Origin: Octopus vulgaris
Lineage: Eukaryota
Assembly (NCBI GenBank): GCA_951406725.2
Contig: OX597827.1
Location: forward strand, 81,406,001-81,470,000
Length of the DNA stretch: 64,000 bases
Direction: 5' to 3'
Each line of letters starts with the position of its first letter. Positions within the stretch are counted from its first letter, which is position 1. This document shows positions 10,039-23,883 of this stretch, one piece after another. A program made the position numbers and the translations under genes. The notes below the pieces were generated by a model. That model was not told where the DNA came from. It was given only the letters and a program-made list of their open reading frames with translations, and made no database searches.

Positions 10039-10379
10039 TAAAGCTAAAGTATCATCTATTTTAACTCGCAATGCCATATTCCTGACTCTTCAAACAATTA
10101 AAACAATTTAGAAACTTAGAGGTAACACTCATAAATTTACAAGTGTGACTAAAATAATTACACTCTACTTCATGTATTGAGTACATTTATGCTGCTTCGA
10201 TACACTTAAACATACACACTCTCTAATTGCCCTTGATTTCTCTCTCTCTCTCTCTCTCCTTCTCTCCCTTATATATATATATATATATATGCATGCGCAA
10301 ACACACATATACGGGTAGAAAAGTAGATAGATACAAACATAAATACGTATGTGTATGTATATTCAACTACACAACATAA

Positions 10380-10586
10380 ACGTATCCTCTATTGTATATC
10401 TATATACAACAACACACTAACTCGTTTCCCAACACAACCAATAGAGTTACTACACATCACACATCGTTGCAACACACCAGCATTACACAACACTCCATTG
10501 TTAAACTATAAACCATAGAACTACAAACTGTGTATATTTACACAGCACACAGTCTATACACAGCTCTTATGACACACACACATCAC

Positions 10587-10628
<42 letters not shown>

Positions 10629-11624
10629 CAGACTACAGCAGCAGAAACAACAGCAGCAGTAGTTACAGCCTGAGATCCACATCTCTACTACCACACACAC
10701 ACACACACACAGAGTGACACACCACTAGACACTCCCTCACACACTGCCACACTGATTATGGATGAGACAATGGAGGTAAGTCTACATCTATCTTCTTTCA
10801 TTTCCCATCTTTCCTCTTTAATATCAGGTGAAAATATATAAGAGACAAGAGAAAACCAAAGGGACATTCAGAGAAACACCCTTATATCACTCACAAATAT
10901 CAGCAAATGTTTTACTCACAACATACAACTTCACTGGGCAAAATACTAACTATTATTATTATTATTCTTATTAGATTATTTAATAATCCAGTGTCATCTC
11001 ACAAATATTCTGGTTCTATATTGATAGAGTTTATAATAATTGTTATTGTTTTAGTCTCCTATGTTGTTGGTTAGGTGAAATTAGAGGCAAAGTTTGTCTC
11101 ACTAAATCTCATTTCTCACAGGAAATCTCCATTTTGTCTTCACAACATTCCGTCTCTTCTCTTTAGCCAGATTATTTCATTTGTAGATTTCCTGCAGACA
11201 CTCTAACAATATATCATTATATTCCCAGAAATATTTCTAATTTAATATTTCTCTATTCATTTTATCATATCACAATGTATAAATGATGTTCTAAAAGCAT
11301 TTATAGAAACGATTTAACGAAGGAGGTCTTCATAATGAATCTATAATCACAGAGTAGCAGATATCGTTCTGATGTCAGACATGGTTGTCTGAGGGATTGT
11401 GTGAGCAATTTGTTGTGGAAAATATATTTTAGTGTCAAAGTGAAGACAACAAGACATAGAAATGCAAGTGGATCTTTTTTTTTCTGTGGTGTGTGTGGAT
11501 TAGTGATGCTAAAAATAATAATAATATTAATGATAGCCATTCGTTAGACACTTTGTTGTATATTGTGAATAGCAGCAGACATTTTGCTGTGATACAGAGA
11601 CATTTGGTGATTAAATTTATCACA

Positions 11625-11625
<1 letters not shown>
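10380..11625 (+). promoter_or_regulatory. Promoter / exon 1 block of copy 2 (exon 1 ends 10775)
   Basis: Near-identical to 1495-2715. TATAAA 10507, ATG 10758, donor GTAAGT 10776. Confidence 0.65.
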
Positions 11626-11671
<46 letters not shown>

Positions 11672-12385
11672 GTGCTTGGTTCTGTCAGTATTTATTGTTT
11701 AAGATATTGTACGGTGTATATATTAAAATTTCAGCATGAGCAATATGTTGTATATTGTTAATTTTGTGTATAATCACTGGTGTATATATATTTAAACATG
11801 GCTATATAATGATGAGAAATCTTGTCAGTTTATACATTGTCTTTCTGTTGTCTTTTGATGAACAAATTTCTTATATACACTCATCTTTATCTTTCAGTAA
11901 TTACATATTCTTTTGTGTATCACAGAGTGTACACTTAGAGCTTATTGTGCTTGAAACAGTGTAAAGTTGCAGAATATTCTGTAGAATGGAGAGAATATTT
12001 ACATTTTAACGTAGAATAAAAGTCTATATATTTTCTACATGTTTATATCAGTGAAGCTTCTATGTCTTTCCTGCTGTTCATATGGCATTATATATAAATC
12101 AGTGTATATTTGCAGCGAGGCCTCTAATTATCTCTCTCTCTCTCTGTATGTCTATGTGTATATATATATATATATCCTACTGTATCTATTGAACATTCTC
12201 CACGAATCTTATTCATCTCACATATAAAAATTGCAGTAGATGAGAATTGTTAGACATCTATGTCTGTTATAACTCGATCTCTCTTTCAATTCCTCTCTCC
12301 TGGATCCCTTTTTTGTTCCCCTTCTCACTCTCTTATTTTCATAACATTGAATACAGTATTGTTGCAATCTTTCAATATACTTTAG

Positions 12386-12554
12386 GGTCATTTCCAATGG
12401 AAGGGACCAATACACTGAAGCCCAGCTCTGTTGCTATTGGATACAGGGGACAACTGACAGATCCTTCTCTTCTCACCAAAATGGGATGACTTTAAGTTAT
12501 TAACTTGAAGAAATCCAATCTTTTAATTTGGATGTTGAAGAATTCCTACTTTTG
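12386..12554 (+). other. Putative 5' leader exon 2 of copy 2
   Basis: tttAG acceptor and G|GTAAGA donor. Homologous to 3372-3541. Confidence 0.7.
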
Positions 12555-13274
12555 GTAAGATTTTCTGATTTCTGGAGAGAATTTTATTGAGAATTAAATA
12601 TTAAATCAACTTTCCTAGTCATGGCGAGCGCCAGTGACACATAAAAGGCACTTGTGCTGGTGACACGTGAAAGGCACTTGTGCCAGTGACATGTAGAAGG
12701 CACTCACTTCACTCTTGGAGTGGTTGGCATGAGGAAGGGCATCCAACCATAGAAAAGATGCCAAATCAGACTGGAACTTGGTGCAGCTGTCCAGCCTAGC
12801 AGTTTCAGTCAAATCATCTAACCCATGCCAGCATAGAAAGCGGACAGTAAATAGTGAGAATGATGTTGAAAGTTATTTGGTTCCTCAAATGAAGTATTCT
12901 TTCATTTTAACTTTGTGTTGAAGATCAATTAATTTTAACTTAATTTCGTATCTCATCACACACTTGATACATTCCACTAGTTAATGATGCTATACTCAGA
13001 CATACAACACTTCCTATCACACAATAACACATTTAAAAACATTATGGAATGAAATACGTTTTGTTTTGTCGGAGTCATGAGACTACAGCCATGCTGGAGC
13101 ATCACTTGAGGATTTTAGTGAAATGAATCAAACCCCGATACATTTTTTTTCTTTAAAACCTGTTATCAGGCTTTAAGTAAAAGGTGTCTTTGCTGAACTG
13201 CTATGTTACAGGGACATAAACACACCAACACTGGTTGTCACCAATGATGGGGAACAGACACACATACATGCACA

Positions 13275-13790
13275 GATACTTGGGAAAATAGATTTTCTCA
13301 AATGTTCATTAGAGGTAGTGGATACTTTCTGCTACCTGGGGAACAAAATTAGTAGTGAGGAAGGGTGCACAGTGAGTGTAATAGAATGAGAATAGGATGG
13401 AGACAATTTAGAGAGCTTTTATCTCTGTTGGCAATGAAAGGAAGATTGTATGATGCATGTATACTAACAGCAATTCTACATGGTGCTGAGATATGGGCCC
13501 TGAATGCAGAGGACACGTGAAGACTAGAAAGGAATGGGGCCAGTATGCTCTGCTGGATGTGTAATGTATTTGTACATGTTCAACAGAGGGCTAGTGAGAA
13601 GACTTACTGTGCTGGTTTGGTTTTGTGATGTGGACGGATGCTGACAGCTCCATAAAGAAGTGCCAGTCTTTCAAAGTAGATGAAACACATGGAAAAGGAG
13701 ACCCAGGAAGGCACTGACCTCATGATGCTGAACCTTTCAGGAAAGCTGACAAAGAATTGGGATTCTTAACACCTTGCTGTATGTAAGAAG
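13275..13790 (+). mobile_element. Decayed RTE-clade LINE ORF fragment
   Basis: Translates to LEVVDTFCYLG...RIGWRQFREL...RLYDAC...LHGAEIW...RLERN...CWMCNV with stops and frameshifts. Confidence 0.75.
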
Positions 13791-14208
13791 GGTCTCCTCC
13801 ACAGAGGAAGTGTTAAGGCCACTTCCCCTGATGCAAGAGTCTTGTGCTGGTGCCATGCAAAAGGCATTTGTGCCAGTGCCACATAGGAGTGCTTGTGCCG
13901 GTGTCACATAAAATGTTATGGTGCAGCACCATGTGGAAGCATTCTTGCTGGTTCCTCATTAAAAGCACCCAGTACACCCTGTAAACTGGTTGGTGTTAGG
14001 AAGGGCATCCACCCATAGAAGCCATGCCAAAACAGACAGTGGAGCCTGGTCCAGCCCTCCAGCTCTGGTCAAGCTGATCAACCCATACTACTGTGGAAAA
14101 CAGAAGTTGAAGGATGATGATTGCACACACACACATATATATACACCCACACACATACATATATATATACACACACACACATATATATATGCACACACAC
14201 ACACACAC

Positions 14209-14968
14209 AGAGAAATGTTGGGCATAAGAATCATCGGATGTGGCATGCAAGAGAGACGTTTGCGCTGGTATGGTCATGTAATACGGTTGGATGAGGAGAG
14301 ATGTGTGAAGAAGTGCCACTGCCAAACAGTTGAAGGAATCCAGGGTAAGGGTAGACCCAGGAAGACATGGGATGAGGTGGTCAAGCATGACCTTCAAACG
14401 TTGGGCCTTACAGTGACAATGACGAAAGACTGAAACCTCTAGAGATATGCTGTGACTGTGAAGACCTGACGAATAAAGTGAGTTCATGGCTGTATCCTAC
14501 ACCAGCTTCACACAACCTAACCCCAGCCCATTCAAATTACCTTGGATCACAGGACGGCCTGCTGTGCTTATCTTGGATTGTAGGCCAACCTATTGAGTCA
14601 AGAACTTCAACATTAAAATAAATTTCAAATGGAAATTGTAGCTCTGATACACATGTCAGTGGCATGTAAAAAGCACCAAATGAATGTGGCTGATGCCAGT
14701 GCCGCCTTGACTGGCTTCTGTGCCAGTGGCACATAAAAAGTACCAACTGATCATAGCTGTTACCAGCCTCCTCTGGCCCCTGTGCTGGTGGCACATAAAA
14801 TGCACCTACTACACTCACAGAGTGTTTGGCATTATGAAAGGCATCCAGCTGTAGAAACACTGCTAGATCAGACTGGAGCCTGGTGCAGCCTTCTGACTTC
14901 CCATACCCCAGTCGAACTGTCCAACCCATGCCAGTATGAAAAACAGACGTTATCTATGATGATGATAA
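14209..14968 (+). mobile_element. RTE-clade LINE 3' fragment with 3' UTR
   Basis: RRLRWYGHVIR...GKGRPRKTWDEVVKHDL is the typical RTE ORF C-terminus. It is followed by a UTR ending in (gat)n. Confidence 0.8.
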
Positions 14969-15224
14969 CATAAGATCTGCAATTCTAATGGAGGGCTGAA
15001 AACACATTTTAAGGTGCACAAAGATGAGAGCTTAAATGCAGCTTTTGGTGGTACAAATCAGATATGCAATTTATGTGGGTGATTTTTCAATAGTGTCTGG
15101 TTTAAAAAGCCATATCAGATGTGATGATGACTCTAAGATGAAAGTACAAGAAGTGGTCGATTTGCATGAGGAGTACACAACCACCATACAGATATACACG
15201 TGTGTGCGTGTGTATATATAAAAT

Positions 15225-16715
15225 CATTATCATTATCGTTTAACGTCCGTTTTCCATGCTGGTATAAGTTGGATTGTTTGACTGGGGTCTGGCAAGCCAG
15301 GAGGTTGCACCAGGCTCCAGTCTGATCTGGCAATGTTTCTACACCTGGATGCCCTTCCTAATGCCAACAACTCTGAGAGTGCAGTGGGTGCTTTTTACAT
15401 GTCACCGGCACAGGAGCCAGACGGTGTGAGGGGGCTGGCATTGACCAGGTTCGAATGGTGCTCTTTACTTACTACTGGCACGGGAGCCAGTAAGGAGGCT
15501 CTGGCATGGGCCATGTTTGGATGGTGCTTTTTACATTCCACTGGCACAGGAGCCCAGTTGGGGTGAGGGGGCTGGCATCGACCACATTCAGATGGTGCTC
15601 TTTATGTGTCACTGGCATGGGGAGCCAATCAGGTGGCACTGGCAATGACCGACGCATGAATGTTGCTTATTGTGTGCCACCAGCATGGGAGCCAGTCAGG
15701 TGGCACAGGCATCAGTCACAACTACAATTTCCATTTGATTGTAGTTTGATTTGATTTTGATGTACTTGACTCAATAGGTCTCCTCATGTCGCTTGACGAT
15801 CCAAAGGTACTTTTGTTAAGTGGGCTAGTTATGTGACACTGGTGTAGGCTACAGCTGTGATCTCACTTTATTTGCTGGGTCTTCTCAGTCACAGCATATC
15901 TTCAACATTGCCAATGTTTGAAGGTCATGCTTCACCACCTCATACCATGTCTCCCTCTTCCCTGGATTCCTTGAACTGTTTGGGAGTGACACTTCTTCAC
16001 ATAGCTCTTCTCATCCATCCAGAGTACATGACCATACCAGTGCAGTCGTCTCTCTTGCACGCCACATCCGATGCTTCTTATGTCTAACATTTCTCTCAGG
16101 GCACTTACACTCTGTCATGGGTGCACACTGACATTACACATCCAGTGGATCATGCTAGCTTCATTTCTTTTGAGCCTACGAATGTCTTCAGCAGTCACAG
16201 CCCATGTTTCACTGCCATGAAGCACACAGGCATCATACAATCTACTTTTCACTCTGAGCAAGAGGCCTTTTGTCACCAGTAGATGTAGGAGCTTTCTGAA
16301 CTTTGCCCAGGCTATTCTTATTCTAGTGGTAACATTCTCTGAGCATCCACCACCACTACAGACTTGCTCACCTTGGTAACAGAAGCTATCAACTACTTCT
16401 AGTTTCTCTCCCTGGCATGTGATGGAATCTGTTTTCTGAGCATCTGTGGTGTTTATTGCCCCAGTGCATCTGCCACACACAAAAGCTATCTTCCTGGTTT
16501 AACCTTCCTTTGATGTTGCTACACCTCTTATGTGTCCATAGCTTAGACTGGGTACATCTTATGCAGTTTCTACCTACATATTTTCTATAGATCGAGCAGG
16601 GCCATTTACCTCAATGGGATTGTGGTGTGTTCGCTTTCCTACTTACTGGGTTTTGCGACATTGACTCTAAGGCCCTTCGATTCTAAACCTTTCTTTCTCA
16701 CCTGAAATGTTTTCT
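15225..16715 (-). mobile_element. RTE-clade LINE 3' fragment, minus strand
   Basis: ORF 16115-16480 reads LEVVDSFCY...RIRIAWAKFRKL...LHGSETW. Region 15900-16100 is the reverse complement of 14209-14430. Confidence 0.85.
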
Positions 16716-17699
16716 CTCTATATATACATATGTGTGTGTGTGTGTGTGTGTGCAAGGTAAGAAATTGTAATGATCTTTTGAACGTTGATTAAGGAGGAAT
16801 AAGCTACGAATCTTCTGTTAGTTGTGTTTTTGCTAAAACTTTTGAAATACACATACACACACACATTTATATATGACAAGCTTCTCCCAGTTTCTTTCTG
16901 CAAAATCCTTTCACAAGCTTTGCTCTATCCGAAACTATGGTGGAAAACACTCGCCTAAAGTGTCACATGGGGACTGCACTGGGAACCATGTGCTCAGGGA
17001 ATAAAATTTTTATGACACAGACGTATCAAATTTTAATCTGTGTCTTAGTTAAAAGAAACACTATTTATCTCACAGACAATAAAAATTCCACTTTGATTCT
17101 AACATATTTACAAAAGATGAGAGAAAGTGAGAAGGTATGGGATGGAGCAAAAGAGAAAGAGATTGAGAGAGGCAGACAGGGAAATCACCATCTTCACATG
17201 ACATACTGATATTGAATGAAAGAGAAAGGAGATAGTCATTACTGTATCTAGCATTAAATATCAAGAGTTCGGTCAATTCATGGAGAGTTTAATTGAAAGA
17301 AGAAGTAAAAGATATCCATATTTTTAAGAAAACATAATGGTGGTGATATGTGGTTGCACACCACGTCACCATATTTGAATAGGGTCTCTCCAGATCACGT
17401 TAAACTAAGGGAGATAATTAAAAATTGTACACGCCATAAATGCAGTTACCTCCCGTGTCCATTTCGTGTATCTTTCCTGTTTCTGATGATATTCAAAACT
17501 AATAAGAACTTGTCCAAAATCCTCAATGAAATACTAAGACCATCTTTCTGTTTTTAAGAAACTACATAGCTATATTGATAGACCAAAATGCATTTAGGCA
17601 ACCCGTTAATTTTTAATCCATTCTTTCACATTTCCGTTATTACAAGTCTGTTGAACAATTCTTATTCTGGCAAGAATTATACAACATATTAATAATAAA

Positions 17700-18335
17700 C
17701 AAAATACTAGAATAAGAATAGGCTGGACAAAGTTCAGGGAGCTACTAACTCTGTTAGTAACGAAGTGCTTCACCCCCAGCGTGAAAGGAAGATTATATGG
17801 TGCCTGTGTATGATATAATGTAGCTATGCTACATGTCAGTCAAAAATGAGAAGTAACTACTGAGTGTACACAAAGGCCTGAGGGAAACGCAGCCAGTAAG
17901 TATTGCTGGGTGGGTAATGTGTGCATATACGACAGAATGTAAGTGATTTGGGGGGGAAACTGTGAGTACGAGACATCAACTGTAGTGTGAGAGAAAGAAG
18001 GCTGTGCAGGTATGAACCTGTGATGCATATGGATGAGGACAGCTCCTGCGAGATGTGCTGATCTTTAACTGCAGAGGGAACATGTGGGACGAAGGGGTGA
18101 GAAAATATCCTCAGATTGTGGGACACTTAGAGGGGATGACAGGGGATGACAGCACCATTTTGGTGCTGCATAAAAGCACCCAGTGCACTCTATAAAATGG
18201 TTGGTGTTTGGAAAGGCATCCATCTGTAGAGACCATGCCAAAACAGGCATGCACCCTCAGTAGCTCTCCAACCAGCTCCTGTCAAATCGTCCAACCCATG
18301 CCAGCATGGAATACATACCTTAAATGGATGATGAT
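17700..18335 (+). mobile_element. Decayed RTE-clade LINE fragment with 3' tail
   Basis: RIRIGWTKFRELLTLLVTK at about 17709, followed by the family 3' end. Confidence 0.7.
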
Positions 18336-18549
18336 AGCATATCAAACATATACCTGAAATTTTCTTCTTGAGAGTTAGAAAGTCTCTCCATCTCTCTCTC
18401 TCTCTCTCTCACTTTTCATAAATATATATATATATATATATGCGTATATATGAATGGTTTTCTTTGAGTTTTATGTAAGTTCATCTGAAGAAAGATGAAG
18501 TTGGTTGCTGACAAAGTGACAAGACATTTTGACTTAAGAGAGTCCCTGA

Positions 18550-19210
18550 TGTTTGTATGTGCTTGATTTCATTGTTTAGTGGCTGAACTCCCGGTGTTCA
18601 ACCAATACACAATGTACTCACCCAAGTGTGTGCATCAATTTGTCTAAAGGATCTTAGATGGAGAATCTCTGGAGCATCTTACAAATCTTCACAGTGCCTC
18701 TACTATATTCAGTTTGGGGAATCTGTATCTGTTTCTTTGGCTCTTTCTTAAAAAACTAAGTATTTCTAGGTTTTTGTGAAATACGTTGCTTCATCATTCA
18801 ATGCTCCTATGATAATAGGTACAAATGAGAATTCATAGTTAAGGTACAAGAGCTGTAAGGTCCACATTAATTCACCATAAATGTTGCCTTTTTCCTGGAT
18901 GTATGATTGTACATTCACATCCCCTGGGAAGCTGACTTCTACAACCGTGTATGACTAATGTCCCTTCCCTCAGTGAACAATATGAGGTCTGTTATGTTTG
19001 GACTGAATTCCTGTTTTTTCCACTAGCATTACTGGCTCTTAAGGGTGTGAATACGTGTTGGTTCTGACATGCCCTTTATGAATACATCAGGGCAATCTTA
19101 ACTGCATAGCATTGTAAACAGTGTTTGCAACAATATCATTCCTCTGGGGCAGGTAGTATATCATAGACATTTAGGGAACCAGACAGTCATGAAGGAGACA
19201 TCTTCCACAC
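18550..19210 (-). mobile_element. Highly decayed REL-endonuclease non-LTR retrotransposon remnant (homolog at about 30400-31450)
   Basis: The paralogous segment 31235-31420 encodes KTAIQCKRNRPDIVLWDK, an RPD motif of restriction-like endonucleases. Confidence 0.5.
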
Positions 19211-19469
19211 TGGTATAGCAGAACAAACATCTTTATATGGATGTATGGATGGATGGATAATGCTCAAACATATTGCTTTAATATATATCTATATTTGACG
19301 TAAGAAAGTATTATATGTATTACTTCATATTTACCATACTTTAAAATCTTATTCACTTTCTGCAAAACTTCTCAAACGATCAGAGATTCAGTGAATTATT
19401 TCTATAAAAACATTCTATTTTCTTCTGTAATTTCAGATAAAACCACGAGATATGATTTAACATTCTGTG

Positions 19470-21893
19470 ATGGAAGTAGGCTGTGTGTGGAATACATACT
19501 TACTTGCAAATGTCCTCAATCTATTACTACACAGTTGTGTCTGTGTAGATCTGAGCTATCATGTAGAAGAAGAAAGCAGTCCCTTCACTTTCGTTGGGGA
19601 TATTGCTGCTGACACACAGATGGAAGAAACGGACTCTCTTGTGGGAAATAACTTCATCACATACAACCAAATACAGAGACAAAGAACAGGGAATTCACAT
19701 TTGTTTAATGTCACACAAGATGGTAAATTGTACACGGCTCAAACATTGGATGCAGAGAAACTGTGTACATACGAATCAGAGTGTGTTAGATACATCAAAG
19801 TTGCTGTACATAGAAGGAAGACATTTTTGAAAATTATTAAAATTAAAGTAATTATAGAAGATATTAATGATCACAGCCCTGAGTTTCCTCAGACACAACT
19901 GAATATTACATATGATGAAGATGATGGAGAAGGAGCCGAAAGATTAATTCCAGATGCCTTTGACAGAGATGTTGGAATGGAAAATTCAGAAGTTACATAT
20001 AAATTGAAGAAACAATTTAGTGATCCATTTATATTGTCTGTGAGAAAAACCATCACAGGAAGAGCAAAGATAGGAATTATTCTTGGAGACAAACTAGACA
20101 GAGAAATACAAGATAGTTACAATCTAGAAGTGATAGCCAATGATGGAGGGCAACCTTCAAAAGAAGGAATTTTACATGTTCATATAAAAATAATTGATGT
20201 GAATGATAACTCACCAGTTTTTTCACAACATATTTACAATATTTCCATCAAAAATACACATCCTAACAACAACCCCATTTTGACATTGTCTGCAAAAGAC
20301 CCAGATTCTGGCAATAATGGTAAAGTGTCTTATTTTTTTAGTCCCAAAACACCAGAACGTATAAGAAGACATTTCAGACTGAACCAACAAACTGGGGAAT
20401 TATTTGTAGAAAAACCATTAACATCACAAACAAAGAATATTCTCAAGATGTATGTGGAGGCGAAAAGATGGAGGGAATCCTTCTTTAAATTCCTTTGCCA
20501 TTGTACGGGTGAATATTCTCAATGAAAAGAACCATCCTCCTGAAATTGATATAAATTTTGTGTCTGAATTGAAGAAGGGCACTGCAGCTATTTACGAAGG
20601 GACAAAAGTGGGCAGTTTTCTAGCTTATGTGAATGTGGTGGACAACGATGTTGGAGCAAATGGAGAAGTGAGTTGTAAATTAGAACATGATAAAGTTGTC
20701 CTCTCACATTTAGGATCAAAGGAATACAAGATTACTCTGAAGAAACCACTTGACAGAGAAAATTAGACCATTTTAACATGAGAATTGTGTGTGAAGACAA
20801 TGGAAGCCCTGCTTTAAAGACGGAGAGAAAGATCTCAATCCAAGTAATGGATGTGAATGATGTGCAACCGCAATTTACCAAAGATACATTCCACTTCCTC
20901 ACCTATGAGAATGGTAAAGCAAACTTTCCTATAGGTTTTATCAATGCCACTGACCCAGACCTGGCAAGTGCTGGTCAACTGACGTTCTCACTGTTGAGTA
21001 AAGACAGAAATAACATACCGTTCCAGGTGAGTGATTATGGTTTTATTACCAGCAACATACCATTGGACAGAGAAGAAGAAGACATGTATAAGTTTGAGGT
21101 TTTTGTCAAAGACAATGGTAAACCGTCGTTGAATAACACAGCGAATGTTGTTGTTGAGGTTTTAGACAGAAACGACAATAATCCGTATTTCATCTACCCT
21201 ACAACTGACCCTTTCCATATCAATGTCCACTACCACCCGCAAAGTACCAATGCCATCACTGTGATTAGAGCGTCTGACAGAGACAGTCATTTAAATGCGT
21301 TCCTCAAATATGGAATACTTGACGGTAACAATAAACGCTTGTTTACACTCAACTCTTTAACTGGTCAAATGTCTTTCTCGCGTGCACCTCATCTCAACGA
21401 TGCTGGCTCATACGAACTGGTGCTTGTGGTCAAGGATTCTGGAAGCCCAGTGTTGTCAGCCACAACTACTGTGTCTTTGTCATTAAGGGTCACTAACAAG
21501 ACATCAGCACCGATGCCGGCTGTCCACTTAGAGAAGAACAGAACACTGGACGTACCATTATTGATTATCCTTGTAGTAGCAGCTGTAATAGTAGCTGTGG
21601 TGATTGTAGTGTCGATCACACTGTGTATTGTGAAATGTAGCAGTGGTCAGTCTCGCTCTGCCAAGAGCACTAGGAAAGGTGTTAATAGGTCAGCTATATG
21701 TAACCGAATTGATCAACCTTTACCGTGTCAGAGCAGCAGTATTCCTGGTACCCCAGTGAGGTACTCTTCTGAGATGAATAATAGAAACATGCCATTTGTG
21801 GAATGTAAGGAAGATTTCTACCCGCAGTATGAGTCTCAGATTGATTGGTCAAACGTGGGTACCCTGGAGAAGAGTCCACCCAATACAATATTG
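19470..21893 (+). CDS. Protocadherin copy 2 main coding exon, with two 1-nt indels (probable consensus error, otherwise pseudogene)
   Basis: Collinear with copy 1. One extra A at 20463-20466 and one base missing at 20759-20762 split it into ORFs 19467-20525, 20452-20766 and 20778-21911. Acceptor 19435-19436, donor 21894. Confidence 0.85.
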
Positions 21894-22893
21894 GTAAGTA
21901 TGAGATTATGAAATTCTTCCTTAATTCTCTAACAGACATATCACTCTTCAGATATCTTTTGTAATTAATGTATATCTTATATTATAATGAATGTATGTAA
22001 TTAACTTGTTTGGACCACGTTTGTTCTGCTAGCATCTCTGTTCCGTCTACTGCCATCGATATTTTCATAGCTATGAATAAACAATTATGATATACAAGAG
22101 TGGGGGACATTCCAATATTTAGGGCTTCTAGCAAAACCATTCCTGTTGGTGCTAGTTCAAGTAAATAGGGACTTGGTGTGTAGAGATTTCATCCTTTGAG
22201 TTAGATTCATAAGAATCTTTGTAATGTTGGTCTCTGATGGAAACACCCCCAATATACCCTGCGAAGCGGTTGCTGCTATAAAGTTATCCAAACATACAGA
22301 TTTTGCAAGAACTGAGAATTCTCTATGAGATATGGACTTTTGACCCGACTGACACTAGAGGAATCTCTTGAAAATAATTGCTTTGGTGTTTGTTGACCTG
22401 TTCAGCCCCATGACAAGATGGAAAGCAGTCATGTGAAGATGATGGTTATGATGATGATGATGGTGATGATGGCAGTGGAGGTGTTGTTAGTGGCTGTGGT
22501 AGAGCATCAATGAGATTGAGAATGTACTCGTATTGGTCAAGAATATTGTCCACCATACAACTGGTCAAGCATAATACCATTCGTATGCTGTTCAGGCTTA
22601 ATTTCATGCACTGACCAGACTTAATGGCTGTCATATTTGTCAGACGTAATGATGTCATACATTTGGTTAGACATAATATCTCCCATACATTTGGTCAGTT
22701 ATAACTGGTCTGTCATACGTTACTCAGTCACTATATCGGTCATACATTTGGTCAGAAACAATTTACGTTATACATTGACCTGACAAAATGTTTCATAAAT
22801 TTTCTCAGACAATAGTGTCATACATTTCATCAAACATGTTTTTCTCAATGTTCTCTTGAATTGTTTCTGTTTTTTTTTTCTTTTCCTTTCCAG

Positions 22894-22917
22894 TTACCAA
22901 CAAGAATTAAAAAATAA
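22894..22917 (+). CDS. Protocadherin copy 2 terminal micro-exon (LPTRIKK*)
   Basis: Polypyrimidine tract plus ccAG, then TTACCAACAAGAATTAAAAAATAA. Confidence 0.85.
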   Translation, partial: LPTRIKK

Positions 22918-23276
22918 AAGCATGTCTCAGCCACAGAAATGTAATGTTACACAGACAGACTTTGGAATATTCTGTCAGGATCTTACCATTCCGGAACATT
23001 TCGTGGAGACATACATACATACACAAACACACACACACTGTATACATGCAGGCATACATATTCATACATTGACATACACTGTAGACAGAGTTACATACAC
23101 ATATACGCACACACATGCCCACACTCTCAAACAAACACACACATACACAAACAAACACAACCATATCTAGATATGTAAATATTGACCAATGTGAATGAGT
23201 GACCAACACTGCATTGCTAAACAAATAAAATACACACACACACATATATATAAGAATGTATGTATGTATACAAAAA

Positions 23277-23372
23277 ATGTTTGATTATTTGTTTACACTC
23301 CCTTTTAAGATGAGGCACAGATACATGTTTGATTATTTGTTTACACTCCCTTTTAAGATGAGGCACAGATAC
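23277..23372. repeat. Local direct duplication of about 48 bp specific to copy 2
   Basis: atgtttgattatttgtttacactcccttttaagatgaggcacagatac occurs twice here but once at 9562-9609. Confidence 0.85.
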
Positions 23373-23849
23373 ATAAACTTGCGTACATACACGTGCATGT
23401 ATACATTCACAGAGAGGAACCGAGAGAGAAATGAAGTGAGAGAGAAATGCTAAACAATTCCATAATGATATTTCACCAATTCTATAAAGAATTACATTAC
23501 TTTATATCAATATTGAAAGATTGTGGAGTGGGACCGTACGTATGGTGTATCTATGTGTGTGTGTGTGTGTGTAGTTTCATATCTTTATGCATTGTAATAT
23601 ATACAAATATAATGTGCATTAAACAAGTCACTTCAATCCACCAGATGATATAGTAATTTCTAATAGTCGACTGATATTTACACATATCCCCAATGTAATT
23701 ACTGATCAATCTCCAGATTGATTACCTGTTAATGTGATGATAAACACACTGCATTTATATATACACAGACATATGCAGATCTCTCTATATATATATGTAT
23801 ATACATAAATACATGCATATACAGCTATGTATGTATGTATGAGTGTATG

Positions 23850-23883
<34 letters not shown>

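Noticed and set aside
9682-10111. Overlapping 70-130 aa ORFs rich in MYVC/HTYI (also about 23700-24140, 39976-40378, 48723-48962, 60832-61560)
   Set aside because: They are translations of (TATG)n, (TA)n and (CA)n microsatellites, not genes.
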